From Frisingicoccus sp. (lineage in GTDB: Bacteria; Bacillota; Clostridia; Lachnospirales; Lachnospiraceae): a stretch of DNA of 49,764 nt. Positions within the stretch are counted from its first letter, which is position 1; each line of letters starts with the position of its first letter. The notes beneath the pieces are model-generated. The model was not told where the DNA came from and made no database searches. It saw nothing but the letters and a program-made list of their open reading frames with translations. The stretch is from contig JAXJRF010000203.1 in NCBI GenBank assembly GCA_036310765.1, positions 1 through 49,764 of the forward strand, in the 5' to 3' direction. Positions 10,374 to 22,667 of this stretch are shown piece after piece. The position numbers were made by a program, and so were the translations under genes.

Positions 10374-12764
10374 TTATAGATTATTTATCTGTTCTGTCCA
10401 GAATTTTTCTACTTTTTCCCCAACAGAATCGCCATTCAGCCGTTCAAAGGGAATCCATTCCCTCGGAAACATCCTCTGATAACTGCTGTAATTAAACCGC
10501 TGGTCCAAAAGAGCGATAATCCCCCTGTCCTCTTCGGACCGGATCACCCGTCCTCCTGCCTGAAGTACCTTGTTCATCCCAGGGAACAGATAGGCATAAT
10601 CAAAGCCCTGTCCCCTTTTTTCATCAAAATAAGCCTTCAGCAGCTCCCGTTCACTGCCAATTCCCGGCAAACCAGTTCCAACGATGATGGCTCCGATCAA
10701 GCGGTCTGCCTTCAGATCTATCCCCTCCGAGAAAATACCGCCAAGGACACAAAAGCCCAACGTCGTCTCATGGGGACTTTCCTTAAAATTTGACAAAAAA
10801 GCCTGACGTTCGTCCTCGTTCATATTACTCTCTTGCCGGAAGACTTTCAAGCCATTTCCAGCCTTTTTCATTTCTCTGTCAGCAAAAGCCTCGAACACTG
10901 CCTCCATAAATGCATAGGAAGGGCAAAATACAAGATAATTTCCATTTTTACCACGAATGATTTTTAAAATATAATCCGCGATCCGTTCATATTGCTCCTG
11001 ACCTCGTGACGCATAACGACTGCTCACGTCACTGACCGTAAAAACAAGACGATTTTCCGCCAAAAAAGGCGAATCCACATACATTTCATAGTCATTTTCC
11101 GGATTTTTACTCAGAAGATCTTTATAATACTGAACCGGAAGCAAGGTCGCCGAAAAAAAGACGCAGCTCCGACTCATGCCTATCCGTTCACTCAGATTGC
11201 CGGATGGATCTACACAAAACATTTTGATCATGGTTTCCCCACCAGCACCTTCCGTATAGATCACGTACTTTTCATCCAAAAGATCATAGGTATTTACAAA
11301 ACGCCGGGCATTGAAATACAGCTCCATGACTGTCTCCCGAAGTTTATTTTCCATATCTTCTCTGAGAAAATCCTCCATATCGGATACCATCCGCATAAGA
11401 CTGAGGATAAAATTGCCAATTTCATGAACGACGGCATAGTTTGTGCCATTTACCCGGTCTGTTTCTTCAAAATCTTTAAAAAACCGGCTGCATTTTCGGA
11501 CCTTTCCTGCAATCTTTTTATAATTTGTCCGCAGCATACGGTACACATTGTCAAAATCCTTCCGGGATAAAGATGCACTGTACATTTCCCTTGCCCGATC
11601 CACAAGATTATGGGCCTCATCCACAAGAAAAACCATATTTGCCATCGGATCTGCGAAAAAACGTTTAAGATAGACAACCGGATCAAAGACATAATTATAA
11701 TCACAGATGATCACATCACACCAAAGGGCAATATCCAGCTGAAATTCAAAAGGGCAAACCCTATACTGAGCCGCATATTTTAAAATGCACTCCCGGTCGA
11801 TCTTATCCTCATGCTGAATCATATCGAACACTGCTTCATTGACCCGGTCAAAATGCCCTTTTGCCCGTTCACAAAGATCCGGCTGACAATGACATTCATC
11901 CCAGGGACATATCTTTTCTTTTGCCGTCAACGTAATAAATTTCATACGCAGGCCTTTGTCATGAAGTAAAGATGCTGTTTCCTCGGCTACCGTCCGGGTA
12001 ATCGTTTTTGCAGTCAGGTAAAAAATCCGGCCGCATTTGCCGCTGCCCATGGCTTTAATGGACGGAAATAATGTGCCTAACGTCTTTCCTGTACCCGTAG
12101 GTGCCTGAATGAAAATATTCTTCCTCTCTTCAATGGAACGAAAAACGCCATTCATCATCCTTTTCTGGCTGACTCGATAGTTATAGGGAAAGGTCGTCTG
12201 TGCGATCGTTTCGTTTCGCAGTTCCTGCCATTCGATCTGCCATTTTGCCCATTTGGCATACTGCTGCACCAAATCTGCAAACCATTTTTCCAGTTCTTCC
12301 CCTGTACGCTCCAACTCGAAGGTTTTAATCTCCTCCGTTTCCAGATGAATATAGGTGATGCGGATACGAATCTTATCAAGATCATTTTGCCGGGCATAAA
12401 TACACGCATAACAGTCAGCCTGGGCCAGATGGAGCACATCCGGTTCTTCAATCGTTCCAAGTTTTGTATAGGTTCCTTTGATCTCATCGATCATAACATC
12501 TGTCGAATCCTGCGGATTGATAATAAGCCCATCCGCCCGGCCTTCCACCTGAATACACAGAGACGCATCCACATCGACCTTTCGTTTCAGGCTGACCTCT
12601 GCCTTATAGTTACTTCCCCCCTGTTTCTGCAGTTTCCGATGGGCATGGCTGCCCGCCTGCATGGCATCCACATCCCTCAGAACACCCATTTTTTGATCAA
12701 TGTCTCCATTTCTTAAAATAAATTCTACCAGATTTCTTACTGAAACCCTGACTTCCTGTTTCAC
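10374..12764 (-). CDS. DinG/XPD-family Fe-S helicase with N-terminal PD-(D/E)XK nuclease domain
   Basis: APTGTGKT, DEAH, SATL, QAGGRVIR, FeS cysteines (CPWDECHCQPDLC...CPFE); N-term GRADG...DEIK...QADCY. GTG start at 12764 from RBS. Confidence 0.88.
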   Translation of the reverse strand: MKQEVRVSVRNLVEFILRNGDIDQKMGVLRDVDAMQAGSHAHRKLQKQGGSNYKAEVSLKRKVDVDASLCIQVEGRADGLIINPQDSTDVMIDEIKGTYTKLGTIEEPDVLHLAQADCYACIYARQNDLDKIRIRITYIHLETEEIKTFELERTGEELEKWFADLVQQYAKWAKWQIEWQELRNETIAQTTFPYNYRVSQKRMMNGVFRSIEERKNIFIQAPTGTGKTLGTLFPSIKAMGSGKCGRIFYLTAKTITRTVAEETASLLHDKGLRMKFITLTAKEKICPWDECHCQPDLCERAKGHFDRVNEAVFDMIQHEDKIDRECILKYAAQYRVCPFEFQLDIALWCDVIICDYNYVFDPVVYLKRFFADPMANMVFLVDEAHNLVDRAREMYSASLSRKDFDNVYRMLRTNYKKIAGKVRKCSRFFKDFEETDRVNGTNYAVVHEIGNFILSLMRMVSDMEDFLREDMENKLRETVMELYFNARRFVNTYDLLDEKYVIYTEGAGGETMIKMFCVDPSGNLSERIGMSRSCVFFSATLLPVQYYKDLLSKNPENDYEMYVDSPFLAENRLVFTVSDVSSRYASRGQEQYERIADYILKIIRGKNGNYLVFCPSYAFMEAVFEAFADREMKKAGNGLKVFRQESNMNEDERQAFLSNFKESPHETTLGFCVLGGIFSEGIDLKADRLIGAIIVGTGLPGIGSERELLKAYFDEKRGQGFDYAYLFPGMNKVLQAGGRVIRSEEDRGIIALLDQRFNYSSYQRMFPREWIPFERLNGDSVGEKVEKFWTEQINNL

Positions 12765-12853
12765 CCCTTCACCTCCATCGGTCACTGTGTGGTCATTTTA
12801 AAATAAAGCAGAAAATCCCCCCAACAAAACATGCTGAGAGGATTCTGTGATTG

Positions 12854-13909
12854 TTATTTTACATATCCTTTAAGGAACTGAATCAATGTTTCCATCTCTG
12901 AATCTGTTCCGATCGTTATTCTTAAATAGTTGTCAATTCTCGGAAGACTGAAATACCTCACGTAAATCTTTTCCTTCCGCAATGCCTCAAATAATTCCTT
13001 TGCCGAATATTTCGGATGGGTCGCAAAAACAAAGTTTGCCATCGGCTCATTGAATTCAAACCCAAGCTCTCTTAAAGCCTCACAGGTCCATGACCGCGTT
13101 GCTTTGATCTTCTCAACACACTGTTCAAAGTACGCCCGGTCTTTCACCGCTTCTGCTCCGAGGACAAGGGATGTCTGATTCATTGTATAGGAATTAAATG
13201 AATATTTAAAATCATTCAGTGCTTTGATCAGCTCTGCATTACCCATAGCAAATCCGATACGCATACCTGCCATGGAACGGGACTTGGAAAATGTCTGAAC
13301 AACAAGCAGGTTATCATACCGATCGATCAATTCCAATGCCGACTTTCCGCCAAAATCAATATAGGCTTCATCCACGATCACGAGCACTTCCCGGTTATGA
13401 TTTAAAATATCTTCAATAAATTCTAGAGTCTCATAGACAGAGGTCGGTGCATTCGGATTTGGGAAGATAATCCCTCCATTTTCCCCATAATAATCCTCTC
13501 TGCGAATCCGGAAGTTTTCATCCAAAGCCCTTGTCTCATAAGGGATACGGAAAGCATCTGCCCATACCGGATAAAAGGAATAGGTGATGTCCGGGAATAA
13601 AATCGGTTTATCACTGTTAAAAAAGGTCTGGAACGCCATAGCGATCACATCGTCTGAACCTACACCCACAAAAATCTGATCTTTATCCACATGATAAAAA
13701 TCTGCAAGGGCTTCCGTCAACACATTGGCTGTCGGATCCGGATAGAGCCGAAACTTATCTGTCTCCAAATGTTTCGCCATCTCCACCACACCCGGTGCCG
13801 GCGGATAAGGATTTTCATTGGTATTTAACTTGATCATCCCCGTCTGATTTGGCTGTTCGCCCGGTGTATAAGGAACTACCCTGCGTACGTAATCTCTCCA
13901 TGTCTTCAT
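12854..13909 (-). CDS. hisC: Histidinol-phosphate aminotransferase
   Basis: KLNTNENPY, NPNAPT, DEAY, TFSKSRSMAGMRIG. Confidence 0.93.
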   Translation of the reverse strand: MKTWRDYVRRVVPYTPGEQPNQTGMIKLNTNENPYPPAPGVVEMAKHLETDKFRLYPDPTANVLTEALADFYHVDKDQIFVGVGSDDVIAMAFQTFFNSDKPILFPDITYSFYPVWADAFRIPYETRALDENFRIRREDYYGENGGIIFPNPNAPTSVYETLEFIEDILNHNREVLVIVDEAYIDFGGKSALELIDRYDNLLVVQTFSKSRSMAGMRIGFAMGNAELIKALNDFKYSFNSYTMNQTSLVLGAEAVKDRAYFEQCVEKIKATRSWTCEALRELGFEFNEPMANFVFATHPKYSAKELFEALRKEKIYVRYFSLPRIDNYLRITIGTDSEMETLIQFLKGYVK

Positions 13910-13931
13910 CCGTATTCACACCTTCCTCTAT

Positions 13932-15119
13932 TTATCCAAAATAAACCTCTGCCAGTGCCTTAAAGGCTGGCATGGACCGTTTGATCATATCATAAGATAC
14001 ACAATAAGCGATTCTTACATAGCCCGGACATCCAAAACTGGATGCAGGCACAAGAAGCAAATGATGCTTTTTAGCTTCTGCAACAAATGCTTTTTCATCA
14101 GCCACAGGTGATTTCACAAAGAGATAAAATGCACCTTCCGGCTTTACACATTCAAATCCCATATCCTTGAGGGATTCATATAAAAACTTTCGATTTTTGT
14201 CATAAGCTGCCACATCGGTCTGTTCATTCAGACACTCCCGGATCATCAGCTGCTGCAGCGATGGTGCGTTCACAAAACCAAGAACCCGGTTGGCGATGGC
14301 AAGCCCTTCAAGAAGGCTCTCGTAATCATCGGCTGCCTTTGGAACTGCCAGATATCCGATACGTTCACCCGGCAGAGATAAGGATTTACTGAAAGAATAA
14401 CCAATGATGCAATTGCGGATATGCTTTGTCATAAACGGCACTTCCACACCATCATAGACCAGTTCTCTGTATGGTTCATCGGAAATCACATAGATCGGAT
14501 GTCCGATGCGTTCTTCTGCTGCCTTAAGAATGACCTCAAGTCGGTCCAGTGTTTCTGCCGAATAGACAACACCTGTCGGATTGTTCGGATTATTAATGAT
14601 CACTGCCTTTGTACGTTCAGTGATCATCTCAGCCAGCATGTCAACATTTGGCTGGAAGGATGGCGGATTTGGAGGAATAACGACCAGATTCGCCTGATAG
14701 TTATGGACATAATTCCGGTATTCTCCAAAAAATGGTGCAAAGCAGATGACCTCATCTCCCGGATCGAGGAGTGTTCTGAGCACAACGTTCAGACCGCCGG
14801 CCGCACCTACGGTCATCAGAATGCCTTCCCACTCGAAATCAGTTCCAAATCTCTGATTCAGATTTTGCGCTACTGCCTCACGAACTTCTTCATATCCGGC
14901 ATTGCTCATGTATCCATGTACATAAAGCGAATTTTCGTTTTTCAAAATTTTCTTTATGGCCGTACCTACCGCCTCGGGAGCCGGTACGCTTGGATTACCA
15001 AGGCTGAAGTCATAGACATTTTCTGCGCCGACTTCCTTTGCCATCTCTTTTCCTTCCTCAAAAAGGGCACGAATGACCGAATTCCCTTTCATCAACTGTT
15101 CCATGCTTTTTGAAATCAT
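13932..15119 (-). CDS. Class I/II PLP-dependent (aspartate-type) aminotransferase
   Basis: NNPNNPTG, SDEPY, SFSKSLSLPGERIGY. Confidence 0.9.
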   Translation of the reverse strand: MISKSMEQLMKGNSVIRALFEEGKEMAKEVGAENVYDFSLGNPSVPAPEAVGTAIKKILKNENSLYVHGYMSNAGYEEVREAVAQNLNQRFGTDFEWEGILMTVGAAGGLNVVLRTLLDPGDEVICFAPFFGEYRNYVHNYQANLVVIPPNPPSFQPNVDMLAEMITERTKAVIINNPNNPTGVVYSAETLDRLEVILKAAEERIGHPIYVISDEPYRELVYDGVEVPFMTKHIRNCIIGYSFSKSLSLPGERIGYLAVPKAADDYESLLEGLAIANRVLGFVNAPSLQQLMIRECLNEQTDVAAYDKNRKFLYESLKDMGFECVKPEGAFYLFVKSPVADEKAFVAEAKKHHLLLVPASSFGCPGYVRIAYCVSYDMIKRSMPAFKALAEVYFG

Positions 15120-15122
15120 TTT

Positions 15123-16199
15123 TTAACCCTCTTCCTCCATGTTGCTCAACTTCGCTGCCTGATCTGCTGCTGTCAGACTGTCGATCACTTCTTCCAGATC
15201 ACCATTTAAAATATCATCCAAACGGTGGAGAGTTAATTTAATACGATGGTCTGTACAGCGTCCCTGCGGGAAGTTATAGGTACGAATCTTCTCAGAACGG
15301 TCACCTGTTCCGACCTGATTCTTACGTAATGACGCTTCTTCCTTCTTTTTCTTTTCCAATTCCAGATCATACAGTCTGGAACGAAGAATCTTAAGACCTT
15401 TATCCTTATTCTTTAACTGGGATTTTTCATCCTGACAGGAAATAACAATACCTGTCGGAATATGGGTAATACGTACCGCAGAGTCGGTTGTATTGACACA
15501 CTGACCACCGTTACCGGAGGCGCGGAACACGTCAATACGCACATCATTCATATCCAACTGAACATCTACGTCTTCAGCTTCCGGCATAATTGCCACTGTA
15601 ACCGTTGATGTATGGATACGTCCGCCGGATTCTGTCTCAGGCACACGCTGCACGCGGTGAACACCACTCTCAAATTTCAAGCGGGAGTATACGCCGTTAC
15701 CCACGATCATAAATACAACTTCTTTAAATCCGCCGATACCATTTTCATTGACACTCATCATTTCCACTTTCCAACGCTGTTTTTCAGCATATTTGGAATA
15801 CATGCGGAATAATTCGGCTGCAAAGAGAGCTGCCTCATCGCCGCCCGCACCTGCACGAATTTCTACGATAACGTTTTTCTCATCCATCGGATCCTTTGGA
15901 ATCAATAAAATCTTTAATTCCTGTTCAATTTCAACGACACGCTTTTTGGATTCTGCCATTTCCTCTTTGGCAAGTTCGCGCATCTCTTCATCGCTTTCCA
16001 TTTCCAGAAGTTCCAGACTCTCTTCAATATTCTGTTTTTCCTGCTTATATTCCGTATATTTTTCAACGATTGGAGCCAGGTCATTCTGTTCTTTCATCAG
16101 TTTGCGAAAACGCGGCTGATCATTCACTACATCCGGGTCATTCAATTCTTCCATTACCTGCTGATAACGGATTAAAAGATCCTCTAATCTGTCAAACAT
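15123..16199 (-). CDS. prfA: Peptide chain release factor 1
   Basis: PET anticodon-mimic motif ([13 protein letters not shown]), GGQ motif, [11 protein letters not shown]. Confidence 0.97.
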   Translation of the reverse strand: MFDRLEDLLIRYQQVMEELNDPDVVNDQPRFRKLMKEQNDLAPIVEKYTEYKQEKQNIEESLELLEMESDEEMRELAKEEMAESKKRVVEIEQELKILLIPKDPMDEKNVIVEIRAGAGGDEAALFAAELFRMYSKYAEKQRWKVEMMSVNENGIGGFKEVVFMIVGNGVYSRLKFESGVHRVQRVPETESGGRIHTSTVTVAIMPEAEDVDVQLDMNDVRIDVFRASGNGGQCVNTTDSAVRITHIPTGIVISCQDEKSQLKNKDKGLKILRSRLYDLELEKKKKEEASLRKNQVGTGDRSEKIRTYNFPQGRCTDHRIKLTLHRLDDILNGDLEEVIDSLTAADQAAKLSNMEEEG

Positions 16200-16220
16200 C
16201 TTTTTCCCTCCAATTGATTT

Positions 16221-17084
16221 CTATCTTCTTCCATAGACCACCCGGTCCAGACCGGCCAGATCCCTGACCGTATGTATATCTCTGAAACCATGATCTTTCA
16301 AAATCTGTGAAACGGCCTCTCCCTGTTCACAGCCAATTTCATAGAAAAGCCAGCCCTCCGGCTTTAACCGGTTCACTGCCTCCTCTGTAATTTTCTTATA
16401 AAATTCCAGCCCTTCGTCGGCTCCCTCCAACGCCAGTCTCGGTTCGTAATCCCGGACCTCCGGCATCAGTGTCTCAATGACCTGTGCGGGAATATAGGGC
16501 GGATTCGATACAATGACATCAAATTCACCTTCCACATTCTCAAAAAGGTTACTGTGAACCCATGTCAGATCTTCCTTCTGTCTGCCGTCTTTTTTCCAGT
16601 GACGCATATTAAAAATACCATTCATCCGGGCCACGTCGAGTGCATCTTCCGAGATATCCACACCGATGCCCTGACTATAATCTCCATGTGCCATCAAACT
16701 GACCGCAATGCATCCCGAACCGGTACACATATCGAGCAGTCTTCCACCGGAAATATTCGCCTTTTCAAGGACGGTTTCCACCAGAACTTCCGTATCCATT
16801 CGCGGAATGAGAACCGCCTCATTGACCATAAATTCCAATCCCATAAATCCGGCTGTTCCAAGGATATACTGGAGCGGATAATGGGTACATCTGCGTTCAA
16901 CCGCTTCTCTGAAACGACGTTCCTCCTGGGGATCCGCCTCTGTATCTGCCTGGAGCAAATACTGGGCCCAATTAAATCCACAAATATATTCTAACAGATA
17001 CCTTGCTTCCATGGTACTGTTTTCTATTCCTTTTTCCTGAAGACGTTTTTCGCCTTCCTTTAATAATTGCCTTAATGTTATCAC
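16221..17084 (-). CDS. prmC: Release factor glutamine methyltransferase
   Basis: PLQYILG, LIPRMDTE, DMCTGSG, SNPPY; adjacent to prfA. Confidence 0.95.
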   Translation of the reverse strand: MITLRQLLKEGEKRLQEKGIENSTMEARYLLEYICGFNWAQYLLQADTEADPQEERRFREAVERRCTHYPLQYILGTAGFMGLEFMVNEAVLIPRMDTEVLVETVLEKANISGGRLLDMCTGSGCIAVSLMAHGDYSQGIGVDISEDALDVARMNGIFNMRHWKKDGRQKEDLTWVHSNLFENVEGEFDVIVSNPPYIPAQVIETLMPEVRDYEPRLALEGADEGLEFYKKITEEAVNRLKPEGWLFYEIGCEQGEAVSQILKDHGFRDIHTVRDLAGLDRVVYGRR

Positions 17085-17995
17085 TTTTCCAATTCCTTCT
17101 GAAATTCACGCCAATCATAAATGGCTTCAATGGATGCGATGGCTACCTCAAGCATATCCCGATCCGGTTCCCGCGTTGTAAATTTCTGCATCCAGAAACC
17201 CGGCTTGCTCACAAAGCATACAAGGCCCGAATCATGTCTTCCGGCCCACTGGATAATTTCGTAGGATACTCCGGCAATGATCGGCACCATCAATATACGG
17301 CAGATAACCTTGAATGCCATATTCTTAATAGGAAATATCTGAAAAAACAACAAAAAGAACAAAATACTCACAAACATAACAATAAAGAGGAAACTTGTTC
17401 CGCACCGTTTATGGAAACGTGAATATTTCGCCGCATTTTCCGGTGTCAGCTCCTCACCATGTTCAATACAGTTAATGGTTTTATGTTCCGCACCATGATA
17501 CATAAATACACGCTGGATATCCTTCATACGTGAAATCAGGACAATATAGGCAATAAAAATCAGGACTCGCACAATACCTTCGATGATTCCAAGTGTCAGA
17601 CTGGAATCCGTAACTTTTCTGAAAATATTGGATACAAAAAAGGGCAGTACCATAAACAGGCCAACGGATAAGGCAATTGACAGAATCACCGTCAATGTCA
17701 TAAACAGCTTATCGGATGCCCCGTCTTTTTCTGTCTTTTTTGTTTCTTCCTCCTCAAAAAAGGACGCTGACCACATCAGACTTTTCATTCCAAGCACAAG
17801 GGAATCCACAAAGGAAAACATTCCCCGGATAATCGGAATGCCCGAAACATGGTATTTCTCACTGAGGCTTATACGCTTTTCCACCGTTGTCTCGATTTCT
17901 CCGTTCTCTTTGCGTACCGACACAGCGTAATGGTCTTTATGACGCATCATAACGCCTTCCATCACTGCCTGCCCGCCAACATTTGCATATTTCAT
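17081..17995 (-). CDS. DUF1385 membrane protein
   Basis: GGQAVMEGVMMR, YHGAEHK, RCGTSF, TTREP; conserved position between rpmE and prmC. Confidence 0.9.
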   Translation of the reverse strand: MKYANVGGQAVMEGVMMRHKDHYAVSVRKENGEIETTVEKRISLSEKYHVSGIPIIRGMFSFVDSLVLGMKSLMWSASFFEEEETKKTEKDGASDKLFMTLTVILSIALSVGLFMVLPFFVSNIFRKVTDSSLTLGIIEGIVRVLIFIAYIVLISRMKDIQRVFMYHGAEHKTINCIEHGEELTPENAAKYSRFHKRCGTSFLFIVMFVSILFFLLFFQIFPIKNMAFKVICRILMVPIIAGVSYEIIQWAGRHDSGLVCFVSKPGFWMQKFTTREPDRDMLEVAIASIEAIYDWREFQKELEK

Positions 17996-18044
17996 ATATT
18001 AATACCTCTATGAATGTACCTATTTACTCGCTGATAGAAAAATA

Positions 18045-18073
18045 GGTTGAGATTTGTAAAAAATCTCAACCTT
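18045..18073 (-). terminator. Hairpin terminator after rpmE
   Basis: AGGTTGAGATTT-N5-AAATCTCAACCT perfect stem followed by ATTTTT on the minus strand. Confidence 0.7.
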
Positions 18074-18088
18074 ACTGTAACACTTTTC

Positions 18089-18295
18089 TTATTCCTGAGT
18101 AAGACCATACTTACGATTGAATTTATCAATACGACCACGGGCTGCAACAGCTTTCTGCTGACCTGTGTAGAAAGAGTGGCACTTAGAACAGATTTCAACG
18201 TGGATTTCTGGTTTTGTAGAACCTGTTACAAACTCATTACCACAGTTGCAAGTTACTTTTGCCTGATAATAATTTGGATGAATTCCTTCTCTCAT
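18089..18295 (-). CDS. rpmE: 50S ribosomal protein L31 (Zn-binding type)
   Basis: [28 protein letters not shown]. Confidence 0.96.
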   Translation of the reverse strand: MREGIHPNYYQAKVTCNCGNEFVTGSTKPEIHVEICSKCHSFYTGQQKAVAARGRIDKFNRKYGLTQE

Positions 18296-18414
18296 GTTTT
18301 CCACCTCACTAAAACTTTCTTCGCTCTAAAAATTAAAATTGACGAATCAATTTTCTCCTATATAAAAACAGCTTACTCATTATAGCATGGTTCTAAATGG
18401 CTTTCAAGCTTTTT

Positions 18415-19836
18415 TTAAAAAATCTTTGTTCTTTTCATCATAGAAACAAAAGCCTTATTATTCTCTGTATGCATAAACATATCCAGTATTCGCTCCAGAG
18501 CCTCATCCGACTTCATTCCATTCAAAGCTTTTCGCATCGCATAGGACGCATCCAGCTCTTCCTTTGATAAAAGAAGTTCTTCACGTCGGGTACCGGAACG
18601 GGCAATATCGACTGCCGGGAAGATACGTTTTTCAGAAAGTTTCCGGTCAAGCACAAGCTCCATATTACCGGTTCCCTTAAATTCCTCAAAAACCACATCA
18701 TCCATCTTACTTCCGGTTTCCACCAATGCTGTGGCAAGTACCGTCAGACTTCCGCCCTCCCGCATATTTCTGGCTGCTCCGAAAAATTTCTTCGGCATAT
18801 ATAACGCCGCCGGATCCAGACCACCGGACAAAGTACGTCCGCTTGGCGGAACGGTCAGGTTGTATGCTCTGGCCAGTCGGGTAATACTGTCCAGAAGGAT
18901 CATCACATCCTTTTTATGTTCAACCAGTCGTTTTGCCCGTTCAAGCACCATCTCAGAAACACGTTTATGATGTTCCGGAAGTTCATCAAAGGTTGAATAG
19001 ATCACTTCCACATTCTTGCCGGTGATCGACTCCCGAATATCTGTTACCTCCTCCGGACGTTCATCAATCAATAAAATGATCAGATTCATATCCGGCTGAT
19101 TGATCGTGACCGCCTTGGCAATCTGCTTCAGCAATGTCGTCTTACCGGTTTTCGGAGGTGCAACGATCATACCACGCTGCCCCTTACCGATTGGGGAAAC
19201 GAGATCCATAATACGCATCGGCACTTTCCCCCGCTCCGTTTCCAAATGGATCCTTTTATCCGGAAAGATCGGTGTCATATCTTCAAAGTTCTTTCTTCGG
19301 CTGGCCTCTGCCGGATGAAACCCATTCACCGACTTAACATATAAAAGTGCACTGAACTTTTCATTCTGGGTTTTTACACGTATATTGCCTTCAATGATAT
19401 CACCGGTTTTCAAATTAAATCGTCGAATCTGAGCAGGTGACACATAGACGTCATTCGATCCCGGAAGATAATTCTCACAGCGGATAAACCCAAATCCATC
19501 TGCCATGACTTCCAAAATGCCATTCGCCATCTGTCCGCTGTCCAGTGCCTCAAGATTCGGCTCCATCCGACCTTCTGCGGCTGTTTCTCCACTCTCCGAA
19601 GCCCCCTCCGATGGTTTATCCACCGTTTTATCTGTTTCTCTTCTTACAGGCTTTCTCTCTCTATCTGTTTTTTCTATATTTTTAATTTCATTTTTTTCGC
19701 GATTATATTTTTCTTCCAATTCACCCATCAACTGAACCAACTCCGCTTTTCGCATCGTCGATACATTTTTTATGCCCTGGGATTTCGCCAGTTCTTTTAA
19801 TTGAACTAACGATAAAGAAGCAAATTTTTCGTTCAT
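18415..19836 (-). CDS. rho: Transcription termination factor Rho
   Basis: [41 protein letters not shown]. Confidence 0.97.
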   Translation of the reverse strand: MNEKFASLSLVQLKELAKSQGIKNVSTMRKAELVQLMGELEEKYNREKNEIKNIEKTDRERKPVRRETDKTVDKPSEGASESGETAAEGRMEPNLEALDSGQMANGILEVMADGFGFIRCENYLPGSNDVYVSPAQIRRFNLKTGDIIEGNIRVKTQNEKFSALLYVKSVNGFHPAEASRRKNFEDMTPIFPDKRIHLETERGKVPMRIMDLVSPIGKGQRGMIVAPPKTGKTTLLKQIAKAVTINQPDMNLIILLIDERPEEVTDIRESITGKNVEVIYSTFDELPEHHKRVSEMVLERAKRLVEHKKDVMILLDSITRLARAYNLTVPPSGRTLSGGLDPAALYMPKKFFGAARNMREGGSLTVLATALVETGSKMDDVVFEEFKGTGNMELVLDRKLSEKRIFPAVDIARSGTRREELLLSKEELDASYAMRKALNGMKSDEALERILDMFMHTENNKAFVSMMKRTKIF

Positions 19837-20069
19837 GAGTATCCTCCTTAAATTATGTATCTATATAATTTTATAATTTATGTTCTGGGAAATATTAAAG
19901 AAATGCACTCTCAGACATTTTTATTATACATGAAAAAAAGTAGAAATAAAGGAAAATTTTTCGCAATTTTCGACACATAAACCGACACATCCATCCCCAT
20001 GGATGTCTGTAAAATTCTCTTTTCGAACGAAATGATTTCCATTTTTAAAAATTTTATCAAGTTAAAGTA

Positions 20070-20098
20070 TTGAAATTCAAAAAAAACTATAATATAAT
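20070..20098 (+). promoter_or_regulatory. Sigma-A promoter for gdhA
   Basis: TTGAAA-N17-TATAAT. Confidence 0.65.
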
Positions 20099-20116
20099 TG
20101 CAGTGAAATTGATTGA

Positions 20117-21487
<1,371 letters not shown>

Positions 21488-21493
21488 TCAAAT

Positions 21494-21531
21494 GAAGGCG
21501 GGGCTGAAAATCAGCCCCGCCTTTTTCTTTT
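21494..21531 (+). terminator. Intrinsic terminator after gdhA
   Basis: AAGGCGGGGCTGA-aaa-TCAGCCCCGCCTT followed by a T tract. Confidence 0.9.
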
Positions 21532-21608
21532 CTCTTGTTTTTCAAAATTCTCATCCTATGTAACATAGAATTCCTCTGCATTTTGATCACTTTAATGTTC
21601 GACGTAAA

Positions 21609-21833
21609 TTACATTTTTTCTGCAAATTCTTCAACAGAATCGGATTTGGCAGCTAATTTTAGCCACTCCCCTAATACCTTCAAATCTGTTTCATCTGCAA
21701 TTCTTTTTTGTATATCGGCAGGAATTTCACCCAAATCCGATAATAATTCCAATACCGCCTCAGCTTTTCCTTCAGTTTTTCCTTCGTTTTTTCCTTCATC
21801 GTGTTCTGCTCTCAACATTTCCTGCAGGATCAT
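21609..21833 (-). CDS. Predicted in-frame internal small protein (RpnS-like, 74 aa)
   Basis: Internal ATGGAGGAACGCTATATG: GGAGG 8 nt before an in-frame ATG at 21833, just ahead of the EGK repeats. Confidence 0.6.
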   Translation of the reverse strand: MILQEMLRAEHDEGKNEGKTEGKAEAVLELLSDLGEIPADIQKRIADETDLKVLGEWLKLAAKSDSVEEFAEKM

Positions 21834-22469
21834 ATAGCGTTCCTCCATTTCACGACTAGATTTAACTTTCTGTATGTATTTCTGAAGATGCAGCACATAT
21901 TCATCCCCAAAATCTTCCATACTCTCATATAAATCCGCCTTAACAAACTGTAAGAACTTCATCAGTGAGCTTGAAATTTCGTCATCATTTTTTCCTTCGG
22001 TACTTAAAAAGATAATCTTTCGTCCATCTTCCAAATCAATATTCGGCGCTTCCATACAAATACTTCGAAATGTATAACAATACTTTCCTCTTTGAAAAGG
22101 ATCAAAATTACATATAAAAATAACATAGGAGTTCGGTAATTCTGAATAATATCTTCCCTTTAACAAAGCCTCCATATCCATCTGACTCTGATAATATCTC
22201 GCTCTTTTTCCAAGACTCACTTCATAAGTCGACTGCATCTCCACATTATAACAAGTATTATGTTCATCCTTGGCATATACATCCAAACGGATACCTTTAT
22301 ACTGTGGATGATAAGTAAAGGTTTGTTCTTTACTGACCTCAATCCGAGCGATTTTAAATCCGAGAACCATCTCTAAAAATCTTCGACAATTCTCCTCATC
22401 ACTCATGACAGCACCAAACATGAAGTTGTCTTTAATCGTAAGTTCTTTTAATGTTTTCTGTTTTCTCAT
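21609..22469 (-). CDS. Rpn family (PD-(D/E)XK_2) recombination-promoting nuclease / putative transposase
   Basis: DNFMF, IRLDVY, NVEMQ, KRARYYQSQMD, YVIFIC, C-terminal EGK repeats; GGAGG RBS before ATG 22469. Confidence 0.9.
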   Translation of the reverse strand: MRKQKTLKELTIKDNFMFGAVMSDEENCRRFLEMVLGFKIARIEVSKEQTFTYHPQYKGIRLDVYAKDEHNTCYNVEMQSTYEVSLGKRARYYQSQMDMEALLKGRYYSELPNSYVIFICNFDPFQRGKYCYTFRSICMEAPNIDLEDGRKIIFLSTEGKNDDEISSSLMKFLQFVKADLYESMEDFGDEYVLHLQKYIQKVKSSREMEERYMILQEMLRAEHDEGKNEGKTEGKAEAVLELLSDLGEIPADIQKRIADETDLKVLGEWLKLAAKSDSVEEFAEKM

Positions 22470-22667
22470 GTTCCTCCATTTCCGAGAGGAATTCCATATA
22501 AAAATTATACCATACCGCCAAATCCCATGACAAACAGAATCGTTCGACAAAGAGGAATTGAAATCCTCGCAAACATGTTAAATATTTCTTGCCTTATAAC
22601 ATTTTTTAAAGTATCATAATAGTTAGGGATCTGTAATAAAAAACATTTTTATTGGAGGTATATCAAA

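Noticed and set aside
19970..20008. CGACACAT direct repeat and ACATCCAT/ATGGATGT palindrome between rho and gdhA
   Set aside because: Could be an operator, but it is short and cannot be assigned to any regulator from sequence alone.
21530..22560. Rpn gene as an insertion sequence
   Set aside because: No terminal inverted repeats or target duplication seen, and no DDE or HUH motifs.
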